This document shows positions 7,551 through 15,109 of a DNA stretch of 64,000 nt, piece after piece. Position 1 is the first letter of the stretch, and each line of letters opens with the position of its first letter. The notes beneath the pieces were generated by a model that saw only the letters and a list, made by a program, of their open reading frames with translations, searched no databases and was not told where the DNA came from. The stretch comes from an uncultured Eubacteriales bacterium (lineage in GTDB: Bacteria > Bacillota > Clostridia > Oscillospirales > Acutalibacteraceae), in assembly GCA_934445035.1 (NCBI GenBank), contig CAKSDI010000002.1, positions 88,997-152,996 of the forward strand, given 5' to 3'. The position numbers and the translations under genes were made by a program.

Positions 7551-7946
7551 TTGGGGAATACCATTGTTAAGTACGGCGAAGGTACGGTTTCAGTTTCAAA
7601 AGAGGTTGCGGATTTTTTAGAGGCCGACAGAAAAAGGCAGGCGGCTGAAGGTCGGAGCGACCGCCGGCACACGAGTAAGAGTGATTCCGAAACAGTGCTG
7701 CAAACTGCTCAAATTACGGCTGTCAGCGATCCTACCTTTGAAACGGCTTTTAAAAACCTTTGTTTTGAAAAACTGCAAAAAATCATTGCCAACCTTGAGT
7801 TTGAAGATTTCTTTTTGATTCGGTGCTACTTTTTTGAGGAATGCACTATGCAGCAAATTGCAGACAAACTCGGAGTGAGTAAAATGGCAATATCGAAACA
7901 ACTGAAAAAACTCCTGAGCCGGATACGGGAACTTATGGAAACATAG
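7551..7946 (+). CDS. sigma-70 region-4-like helix-turn-helix protein (mobile-element regulator)
   Basis: TTG start with a GGAAAGGA RBS 6 nt upstream. C-terminal HTH reads ECTMQQIADKLGVSKMAISKQLKKLLSRIRELM. Confidence 0.7.
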   Translation: MGNTIVKYGEGTVSVSKEVADFLEADRKRQAAEGRSDRRHTSKSDSETVLQTAQITAVSDPTFETAFKNLCFEKLQKIIANLEFEDFFLIRCYFFEECTMQQIADKLGVSKMAISKQLKKLLSRIRELMET

Positions 7947-8113
7947 GTTTCCGTATTTTTTTGCAATTTTTTAAAATTTTGGTTTACAAACTGCTTTTAA
8001 CTGTCCTAATAAGTAGAGGGATAAATTTCGGAGCATAGATGGCACCTGTATATTTTGTCTGATGCCGTCCGTAATTTATCTCTCAATATTTTATATAAAG
8101 GAGCTGATGCCGA

Positions 8114-8410
8114 ATGATTGTGCCGCAAAATAAAAACGGCAATTTTTTTATGCTGTCAAACAGTATATTTAAGCAAGGTCTTAAACCGAGGGAATTTATT
8201 GTCTACTGCTGCCTTGTAAAACACAGCGATAAAAACGGTGTCTGCTTTCCGTCACGGCGGCTGATTGCCAAGGAGTGCTGTATTGATAAAAAGACGTTGG
8301 ACTCAGCAATCCAAAGTCTTGAAAAAACGGGACTTGTAAAAAAGAAAAAACGCCGCAGACAGGACGGTTCGAACACAAGCAATGCTTACACGGTCAAGCT
8401 GTTTCGGTAG
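8114..8410 (+). CDS. winged helix-turn-helix DNA-binding protein (mobile-element associated)
   Basis: AAAGGAG RBS. FPSRRLIAKECCIDKKTLDSAIQSLEKTGLV is wHTH-like. The tail is basic (KKKKRRRQ). Confidence 0.65.
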   Translation: MIVPQNKNGNFFMLSNSIFKQGLKPREFIVYCCLVKHSDKNGVCFPSRRLIAKECCIDKKTLDSAIQSLEKTGLVKKKKRRRQDGSNTSNAYTVKLFR

Positions 8411-8698
8411 TGTAATTTTTTCGTACAGGGTGGTGTAAGAAACGGTATCGCAGAACTATACCCATAGAACTAAACCCACTGAGTATATATTACAGCAGAA
8501 TAAAGAAATAAGACGGCAAACTTTTCCTCTGCCGAAACAGCCGCAGAAAACGCCCTGTTCGCCGAGCAAGCGAAAAACCGAGTAAACACCCAACCGAGCC
8601 TCACAAAGGCGAAATACGGCGCTGTAAACGGCGTGTACGCCCCTTTTTTCTTTTCTGCTGTGGTAACAGACAGAATACCGCAGGGTGACGCCTTTGTA

Positions 8699-8821
8699 CT
8701 CTCCCTTTGGGGAGAGTGCGAGCATCGCAGACGGCTGGTCGCCGGCAAAGCCGCCCCCTGCCGCTGCTGCTCGGCGGGCAGAAGCCCTGCACCCACTTAC
8801 TTTCTTTGAAAAGAAAGTAAG
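8699..8821 (+). promoter_or_regulatory. candidate oriT region (two hairpins upstream of mobC)
   Basis: Hairpin CTCTCCC(8699-8705)/GGGAGAG(8710-8716) is followed by TGCGAGCAT, so AGTGCG resembles MOBQ-type nic-proximal sequence. A second hairpin CTTACTTTCT(8796-8805)/AGAAAGTAAG(8812-8821) lies 35 nt before the mobC ATG. Confidence 0.4.
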
Positions 8822-8855
8822 CAAAGAAACTTTAATCTTCAATGAAAGGAATTTT

Positions 8856-9167
8856 ATGAAGGATAAGAAACTAAGCATCCGCATCAGCGAACAAGACCTC
8901 GCTGCCATACACCGAAAAGCGAACACGGCAAAGCTTTCCATTACGGACTATATTACACGCTCCTGCCTCAACAAACAAATCATTGTGGTGGACGGGCTTG
9001 AAAATATTATCCGAGAGCAAAAAGCGATCGGTAAAAACCTAAACCGACTCACACTGCTTTGCAATATGGGCAGAGTATCGGTTGCCGATCTGTCTGAAGT
9101 AAAGAATGAGTATGCAAGGCTGAACGAACTTCTTTGTTCTCTGCTTGACAGAAAGCGGTGGCAGTAA
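8856..9167 (+). CDS. mobC: MobC-family relaxosome accessory protein (ribbon-helix-helix)
   Basis: MKDKKLSIRISEQDLAAIHRKANTAKLSITDYITRSCL...IGKNLNRLTLLCN. Internal ATG at 8856 with a GAAAGGA RBS. The stop overlaps the relaxase ATG (TAATG). Confidence 0.8.
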   Translation: MKDKKLSIRISEQDLAAIHRKANTAKLSITDYITRSCLNKQIIVVDGLENIIREQKAIGKNLNRLTLLCNMGRVSVADLSEVKNEYARLNELLCSLLDRKRWQ

Positions 9168-10528
9168 TGGCAACGGTAAATTTAATACAGAGCAAGCGTT
9201 CACAATCGAAAGTCGGACTTAAATTTATTCTTTCCTACTGTAAGCGTGACAGCAAAACCGTGTGTGGAAATAAAAAACTGATCGGCGGTGTGAACTGCGT
9301 TGCCGAAAGCGCATACCACGAAATGCTGTCTACGAAAATGCGGTACGGAAAAACAGACGGCAGAATGTTTTATCATCTGGTGCAGTCCTTCTCGCCGGAG
9401 GAAAACATTACTCCCGAAACCGCATACGAAATTGCTTTGAAATTTGCGGAACGGGAATTTTCCGAATATGAAGTTTTGGTGGCTACCCATACCGACAGGG
9501 CGCATATCCATTCGCATTTTGTTATCAACAGCGTAAGCTGTGAGAACGGATACAAGCTCCGTCTGCCTAAGGATTTTATAGAGCAGCTGCGAAACGCATC
9601 GGACAGGCTTTGTATGGAATACGGTCTGTCGGTTATCCCTACACAACAGAAAAAGAAAATCGTGCGGCAGATGTCCTCAAAGGAATACCGTTCGGCAGTG
9701 CGGGGCGAGAGTTATAAAATGCAGCTTGCGGCAGTCATAGATGACGCAATGGCACGGGCAAAAACAAAAGAAGATTTTATTCGGTCGATGGAAGCCGAGG
9801 GCTACGGTGTGGTATGGACGGACGAGAGAAAATATATCACCTATATCACGCAGGACGGAAAGCGGTGCCGCGACCGCAGCCTGCACGAAGAAAAATATCT
9901 TAAGGAGAATATGGAATATGAATTCGGAATACGGAAGATTATCCTCGGAGGAACTGAAAACGAGAGCGCGGCAGAGTATGCAGAGAGCTGCCGAAGCGAA
10001 GCCCTGCGTAACGGTGACCGAGCCGAACTGGAAAGGAATGCTCGATACGCAGAAAGCGCAGATAGAACTGCTCTCACGGCTGATGAGCGCAACCGAAACG
10101 CTGACAACCAAAGAGGAACTGACGGAGTATATGAACGAGCAGCTGAATATTCTGACCGAGAACAACGCACAGTGCCAAGCGGCGGTGACGGAATTTCAGA
10201 ACAGAATGAGGAAATCGGCAACGGAATTTACCGACTCGATGAAAACGGCGGTGTCGGATACCGAGAAACGGGTTGGGAGGATCAGCGATTATTATTCGAA
10301 CAATCTCTCAATGCTGACGGATACGGCGGAGAAGTATTTGAGCCAGATATTTTGGATTACGGTTATTCCCTCAGCGATAACGGCACTGTATTATCTGACG
10401 CTGCTTATCTTGCGGCTGATATAACAGTCATCATTGACGATGACGCTCCTGTTGAGGATTGCACCACAAGGCACTTCCCCTCAGAGCATAAAAAGAAATA
10501 TTCCGGTCCTGTTATGGGCGGAATGTAA
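9167..10528 (+). CDS. MobA/VirD2-family relaxase (mobilization nuclease)
   Basis: Histidine triad HTDRAHIHSHFVINSV and N-terminal YCKRDSK..GGVNC. A long acidic/Gly-rich C-terminal tail follows. ATG 9167 is translationally coupled to mobC. Confidence 0.85.
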   Translation: MATVNLIQSKRSQSKVGLKFILSYCKRDSKTVCGNKKLIGGVNCVAESAYHEMLSTKMRYGKTDGRMFYHLVQSFSPEENITPETAYEIALKFAEREFSEYEVLVATHTDRAHIHSHFVINSVSCENGYKLRLPKDFIEQLRNASDRLCMEYGLSVIPTQQKKKIVRQMSSKEYRSAVRGESYKMQLAAVIDDAMARAKTKEDFIRSMEAEGYGVVWTDERKYITYITQDGKRCRDRSLHEEKYLKENMEYEFGIRKIILGGTENESAAEYAESCRSEALRNGDRAELERNARYAESADRTALTADERNRNADNQRGTDGVYERAAEYSDREQRTVPSGGDGISEQNEEIGNGIYRLDENGGVGYRETGWEDQRLLFEQSLNADGYGGEVFEPDILDYGYSLSDNGTVLSDAAYLAADITVIIDDDAPVEDCTTRHFPSEHKKKYSGPVMGGM

Positions 10529-10562
10529 AAATACCGAACAGCCTTACGGCGGAAAGGAATCT

Positions 10563-10712
10563 ATGGAGAAAAACGATTACAACATTGAACGGGTTGAGTT
10601 TTACTATAACGGCGACGATGAAAAGTTTGACCGCTTTTTAAGCTCGGCGATAAAAGAATATATCAGTACGGATAAAACGGCGGCCGATTGCGAAAACAGT
10701 AAATCGGCGTAA
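10563..10712 (+). CDS. small hypothetical protein (49 aa)
   Basis: ATG 10563 with a GGAAAGGAA RBS (MEKNDYNIERVEFYYNGDDEKF...). It lies between the relaxase and recombinase genes. Confidence 0.45.
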   Translation: MEKNDYNIERVEFYYNGDDEKFDRFLSSAIKEYISTDKTAADCENSKSA

Positions 10713-10800
10713 TTTATCTGGACTTACGGCAGGTGTTGTGGTATGTTGTTGCGTGGACAGGATATCACGCGCCTGCCGAGAAAAAAGAAAGGTGATTGCT

Positions 10801-12447
10801 ATGAGAGTATGGCTGTATTCAAGGCTTTCCCGTGATGAGGACAGCGAGTTAAATTCACTTACCAATCAGCAAAACATATTGCGGGAATATGCGGCAAACA
10901 ATAACTGCGCCGTTATCGGTGAGTCAGCCGATGACAACATCAGCGGAATGCATTTTAACCGTGAGGGGATAAATAAAATATACGCCGCCGTTGAGGATAA
11001 AAGCATTGACGCGGTAATCGTTAAAGACCTGTCCCGACTCGGACGGCACAGAACGCAGACCGCAATGTTTATAGACTATCTTCGTGAAAATGATGTGCGT
11101 GTGCTTTCGGTAACCGAAAACATAGACACAAGCAACGAGGACGATGATCTGATGGTTGGCTTTAAAGGAATATTCAACGATATGTACGCCAGAGATATAT
11201 CCAAGAAAATCCGTGCGGGATATAAGCAAAAACAAAAAAGCGGTATCGTGATGATACCGCCGCTTGGATACTTCAAGGATAAAAACACGGGCAAGGTTAC
11301 GGTTGTTGAGGAACACGCCGAAATAGTCCGTAAGATATTCAATCTGTATGTATCGGGATACGGGCTTAAAGCTATATCTAAAATTTTGAATGAGGAAGGT
11401 ATTAAATCGCCGGGATATTATCAGAAAAAACTGTTAGGTAAAAATCTCGGATATAATAAACCGGAAATTGCTCACAGATTTTTATGGGAAAATACAGGCG
11501 TAAAAAGAATATTGCAGAATGAGTTTTATATCGGGAATCTTATCTGCCACAAGTCCTATACAAGTAAAATAAATCATATAAGAAAGGAACTGCCGCCCGA
11601 AGAGCATTTCAAACATGAAAACGCCGTGCCTGCAATCATACCGAAAGAGATATGGGAGCAGGCACAGTTTTTACTTGAGCAAAAGCCGAAAAGAAATGTA
11701 AGGGCTTCAAGCGGAAATACACATCACCGATACACGGGGCTTATAAAATGCGGCGATTGCGGTTCATCATTCAGTTGTAAAACAAGATATTGGCGTAATA
11801 ATCCGCCGAGAATGGAATATGTTTGCAACGGCTACCACCGTTACGGAAAGGAAAATTGTTCGCCGCATAAGATTGGTGAGGAAGTTCTTGACAGGCTGAT
11901 ACTTAAAGAGCTTGAGGAGCTTAAAATAATGGCCCATGAAAACTTTAAAAGGGTTGACAAAGAACTGAAAAAGTGGCTTGCTGACCGACCGTCCGCCGAA
12001 AAACAGATAACAGCGCTTAAGAATAAGCTCGCGCAGCGGAAAAACGACCAACAGCAAATACTGCTTGAAAGAATACGGGACAGAGAACACGCCGAAGTAT
12101 ATACCCAAATGCTTGTTTCCTGCGAAACGGATATTAAAACAATCGAAAGCAGAATTCGGGAAATGAAGGATATTGAAACTACCGTAAAGGAACGCAAAAA
12201 GCAAATGAATAAAAGCGTAGAACTGCTTGATGGTATTATAGCCGACGGTGCGATAAACGATACGCATCTCAGGATGTTGGTGGATGAGATCGTTATATAC
12301 GAAAAAAACGGAAAGCTTGATATTCAAATAACGCTTAACGGAGAATTCCGCACGCATATCGACTACTACGATGAAAGCGGAGATATAACCGACAGGCACG
12401 CCGAAATATGGTATTTCCCGAATTGGGAAAGTATGGCGGAGGGTTAA
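10801..12447 (+). CDS. large serine recombinase (resolvase/invertase N-terminal domain, recombinase domain, Zn-ribbon, coiled coil)
   Basis: MRVWLYSRLSRDED contains the catalytic Ser motif; VKDLSRLGRH is also present. The Zn-ribbon reads CGDCGSSFSC...CNGYHRYGKENCSPH. ATG 10801 has an AAAGGTGA RBS. Confidence 0.9.
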   Translation: MRVWLYSRLSRDEDSELNSLTNQQNILREYAANNNCAVIGESADDNISGMHFNREGINKIYAAVEDKSIDAVIVKDLSRLGRHRTQTAMFIDYLRENDVRVLSVTENIDTSNEDDDLMVGFKGIFNDMYARDISKKIRAGYKQKQKSGIVMIPPLGYFKDKNTGKVTVVEEHAEIVRKIFNLYVSGYGLKAISKILNEEGIKSPGYYQKKLLGKNLGYNKPEIAHRFLWENTGVKRILQNEFYIGNLICHKSYTSKINHIRKELPPEEHFKHENAVPAIIPKEIWEQAQFLLEQKPKRNVRASSGNTHHRYTGLIKCGDCGSSFSCKTRYWRNNPPRMEYVCNGYHRYGKENCSPHKIGEEVLDRLILKELEELKIMAHENFKRVDKELKKWLADRPSAEKQITALKNKLAQRKNDQQQILLERIRDREHAEVYTQMLVSCETDIKTIESRIREMKDIETTVKERKKQMNKSVELLDGIIADGAINDTHLRMLVDEIVIYEKNGKLDIQITLNGEFRTHIDYYDESGDITDRHAEIWYFPNWESMAEG

Positions 12448-12459
12448 CCCTCCGCCATA
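12432..12459. repeat. 28-bp perfect palindrome spanning the serine recombinase stop codon
   Basis: TATGGCGGAGGGTT|AACCCTCCGCCATA. No T-run follows it. Confidence 0.9.
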
Positions 12460-12576
12460 TCATATATCAATATTCTTCTGTGCTGTAAATATAACAGACT
12501 CGGCAGGCGTGCAGCTCTATGTTATGCGCCAGTTTTTTGCTTGTGACAAGTAATTTCAGTTAAAATTTTAGGCAAA

Positions 12577-12615
12577 GAAAAACGCTCAAAGCCGCATAAA
12601 CAAAGGCTTTGAGCG
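12577..12615 (-). terminator. intrinsic terminator of tRNA-Leu
   Basis: Stem CGCTCAAAGCC(12583-12593)/GGCTTTGAGCG(12605-12615). On the minus strand it is followed by a T-run (plus-strand A-run 12577-12582). It lies directly 3' of the tRNA. Confidence 0.7.
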
Positions 12616-12616
12616 G

Positions 12617-12703
12617 TGGTGCGGGTAAGAGGACTTGAACCTCCACGACCTTGCGATCATTAGAACCTGAATCTAACGCGTCTGCCTATTCCGCCATACC
12701 CGC
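12617..12703 (-). tRNA. tRNA-Leu (anticodon CAG), CCA encoded
   Basis: The minus strand reads GCGGGTATGGCGGAATAGGCAGACGCGTTAGATTCAGGTTCTAATGATCGCAAGGTCGTGGAGGTTCAAGTCCTCTTACCCGCACCA. Acceptor stem GCGGGTA/TACCCGC, anticodon loop TTCAGGT, a long variable arm and T-loop GGTTCAAGTCC. Confidence 0.9.
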
Positions 12704-12975
12704 ATATTAAGTTTTTATCCTCTGATTTTTACACGGCGAGGATATCCGAGGCGGAGCATTTCGCTTAATCCGCAATATATACAAACAGCAATTAAGCTGT
12801 GTGTAAGCTCAAATTAAAAAGAAAGTAAGAACGAAAAAATTTCAAAAATTGAAAAGTTGAGAAGTGCGATATCGTAGAAGTTGACTTTGTCAACTTTTCG
12901 ATTTCGTCGCACTGCATTGTGCGATGAAATCGCGCCGAAAATTTCAGTTTTTAATACTTACACCAAGGTGGCGTT

Positions 12976-13014
12976 ACCTGAATCTAGCGCGTCTGCCTAT
13001 TCCGCCATATCCGC
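12976..13014 (-). pseudogene. truncated duplicate of the tRNA-Leu 5' half (acceptor 5' strand through the anticodon loop)
   Basis: 37/39 identity to 12665-12703, at an offset of 311 bp. Homology breaks in the anticodon loop, and no 3' half follows. Confidence 0.85.
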
Positions 13015-13034
13015 AAATAAGTGCCGCAAAAAAT

Positions 13035-13063
13035 ATAATACCAATTAGAAAGCGATTTGTCAA
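13035..13063 (-). promoter_or_regulatory. consensus sigma-A promoter directly upstream of the tRNA-Leu 5'-half remnant
   Basis: On the minus strand: TTGACA (13063-13058), 17 nt, TATTAT (13040-13035). It ends 20 nt before remnant position +1. Confidence 0.7.
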
Positions 13064-13080
13064 GTAAAGCGTTAAAGTTA

Positions 13081-13109
13081 TTCACAATTTATTAAAAAAT
13101 AAGTATTAT
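13081..13109 (+). promoter_or_regulatory. putative htpG promoter
   Basis: TTCACA (13081-13086), 17 nt, TATTAT (13104-13109). The MITE copy begins 5 nt downstream. Confidence 0.45.
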
Positions 13110-13113
13110 AATA

Positions 13114-13172
13114 GACAATACAATCAGACAAATTTTCCGCTATGAGAAGCGTTGTATCCTGATTGTATTGTC
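13114..13172. mobile_element. 59-bp palindromic mini-MITE flanked by a TA duplication
   Basis: Terminal inverted repeats GACAATACAATCA.../...TGATTGTATTGTC. TA is present at 13112-13113 and 13173-13174. Its reverse complement matches 15254-15312 at 57/59. Confidence 0.8.
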
Positions 13173-13203
13173 TAATCTTAATATTTAATCAAAGGTGATA
13201 ATT

Positions 13204-15093
13204 ATGGCAAAAAAGCAATTTAAATCAGAATCAAAAAAACTTATGGATATGATGATAAATTCCATTTATACCCATAAAGAGATTTTTTTGCGGGAAATTA
13301 TATCAAATTCTTCCGACGCTATCGATAAGCTCTATTTCAGAAGTCTTACCGATAACTCTATAGGAATAAAACCCGATGAATTTGCTATTAATATTTCTCT
13401 TGATAAAGAAAACAGGACAATTACCGTTTCTGATAACGGCTGCGGAATGACAAAGGAAGAGCTTGACTCAAATCTTGGTACTATCGCAAAAAGCGGATCT
13501 TCCGCTTTTAAACAGGAAAATAAGGAAACTGATGAAAATGTCAGCATAATAGGTCAGTTTGGAGTAGGTTTTTATTCTGCGTTTATGGTAAGCGATAAAG
13601 TTACCGTAAGGACAAGATCCGTCGATTCCGACAGCGGTTATGAATGGCAGTCGGAGGGCGCTTCCGGATATACTGTTGAGCCTTGTGAAAAGGAAACCGT
13701 CGGCACGGAAGTTATAATGCACATAAAGCCCGATACCGAAGATGAAAAATACAGCGAATATCTCGATCAGTACAGAATAAGCGAGCTTATCAAAAAGTAT
13801 TCCGATTATATCCGCCATCCTATAAAATTGCCTTTTGTGACTAAAAAGCCGGTTGAGGGTAAAGAGGGCGAATATGAGGATGTGACAGAGATCCGCACCC
13901 TTAACAGTATGATTCCGCTTTGGAAAAAGAATAAAAGCGAAATAAAACCCGAGGAATACAATAATTTCTACAAAGAAAAATTTATGGATTACGAAGATCC
14001 TGCCCGTGTTATCCACACCAGCACCGAAGGTCAAGCAACTTTTCACGCACTGATGTTTATTCCGCAGTCTGCACCTTTCGATTATTATACCAAAGAATTT
14101 GAAAAAGGGCTTCAGCTTTACTCGCGCGGCGTGCTTATAATGGATAAATGCGCAGATCTTTTGCCGGATTATTTCAGCTTTGTAAAAGGTCTTGTGGACA
14201 GTGAAGACTTATCGCTTAATATTTCACGCGAAATGCTCCAGCATGACAGACAGCTGAAATTGATTGCAAAAACCGTCGAGAAAAAAATTAAATCCGAGCT
14301 TGAAAAAATGCTCAAAAACGATAGGGAAGCCTACGAAAAGTTCTTTAAAAACTTCGGAACTCAATTAAAATTCGGAGTTTATAATAATTACGGTCTTAAC
14401 AAAGACACCTTAAAAGACCTTTTGCTTTTCACTTCCTCCTTTGAGAAAAAGCCTGTAACTCTTTCGGAGTATGTAAGCAGGGCTAAAGAAGATCAGAAGA
14501 ATATTTACTATGCCTGCGGGGAAACTATAGAGCGCATAGAATTGCTCCCTCAGTGTGACGCCGTGAAAGAAAAAGGCTATGAAATTCTTTATCTTACCGA
14601 AAATATCGATGAATTCGCTCTTAAAATGATGAGGGATTACGACGGAAAAGCGTTTATAAACGTATGCGACGAAAACCTCGATCTCGACACCGAAGAAGAG
14701 AAAAAAGAGCTTGAAAAGATAAACACTGATCAAAAAGAGCTTTTAGACGCTATAAAAGAAAGCTTAGGCACGAAAGTAAATTCCGTAAGATTTACTAATA
14801 AGCTTAAAAATCATCCTGTTTGCCTTACAAGCGAGGGCGGAATTTCGGTTGAAATGGAAAAAACGCTTAACTCTATGCCCGGGCAGAACACGCCTGTAAA
14901 AGCGCAGACCGTTCTTGAAATAAGTACCACGAACCCTGTTGCCGATAAACTGAAATCACTCTTTGATTCAAATAAAGATTTACTTAAGGATTATTCAAAG
15001 CTTCTTTATGACGAGGCTTGCCTTATCGGCGGAAGATCAATAGATGATCCTGCCGAACATACAAGAATAATCTGTGAACTTATGACAAAATAA
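13204..15093 (+). CDS. htpG: molecular chaperone HtpG (Hsp90 family)
   Basis: Hsp90 N-terminal signature YTHKEIFLREIISNSSDAIDKL and GQFGVGFYSAFMV. Length is about 629 aa. ATG 13204 has an AAAGGTGA RBS. Confidence 0.95.
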   Translation: MAKKQFKSESKKLMDMMINSIYTHKEIFLREIISNSSDAIDKLYFRSLTDNSIGIKPDEFAINISLDKENRTITVSDNGCGMTKEELDSNLGTIAKSGSSAFKQENKETDENVSIIGQFGVGFYSAFMVSDKVTVRTRSVDSDSGYEWQSEGASGYTVEPCEKETVGTEVIMHIKPDTEDEKYSEYLDQYRISELIKKYSDYIRHPIKLPFVTKKPVEGKEGEYEDVTEIRTLNSMIPLWKKNKSEIKPEEYNNFYKEKFMDYEDPARVIHTSTEGQATFHALMFIPQSAPFDYYTKEFEKGLQLYSRGVLIMDKCADLLPDYFSFVKGLVDSEDLSLNISREMLQHDRQLKLIAKTVEKKIKSELEKMLKNDREAYEKFFKNFGTQLKFGVYNNYGLNKDTLKDLLLFTSSFEKKPVTLSEYVSRAKEDQKNIYYACGETIERIELLPQCDAVKEKGYEILYLTENIDEFALKMMRDYDGKAFINVCDENLDLDTEEEKKELEKINTDQKELLDAIKESLGTKVNSVRFTNKLKNHPVCLTSEGGISVEMEKTLNSMPGQNTPVKAQTVLEISTTNPVADKLKSLFDSNKDLLKDYSKLLYDEACLIGGRSIDDPAEHTRIICELMTK

Positions 15094-15109
15094 AAAGGAG
15101 AGATAATTT

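Larger units (their letters stand above)
7320..12459 (+). mobile_element. integrative mobilizable element module (regulators, oriT, MobC, relaxase, large serine recombinase); exact ends not determined
   Basis: The gene content is typical of clostridial serine-recombinase mobilizable elements. It is visibly more G+C-rich than flanking DNA (for example 8460-8800 and 9900-10500). The serine recombinase sits at the extreme right, next to the tRNA-Leu terminator. Confidence 0.55.

Noticed and set aside
8456-8941. Minus-strand ORFs of 161, 108 and 63 aa in the G+C-rich spacer.
   Set aside because: They overlap one another, lack an RBS and are Arg/Ala/Gly-rich composition artefacts. They also run antisense into mobC.
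9677-10221. Minus-strand ORFs (162 and 126 aa) inside the relaxase tail.
   Set aside because: The region is open in almost all frames because of its composition. The products are Ser-rich and low-complexity.
7266-10747. A 13-nt direct repeat, GTTGTGGTATGTT, at 7266-7278 and 10735-10747. Both copies lie in promoter-like contexts (TGgTATGTT).
   Set aside because: A 13-mer recurring once within a few kb is not far from chance expectation. It may simply reflect two extended -10-like promoters and is not strong enough to call att sites.
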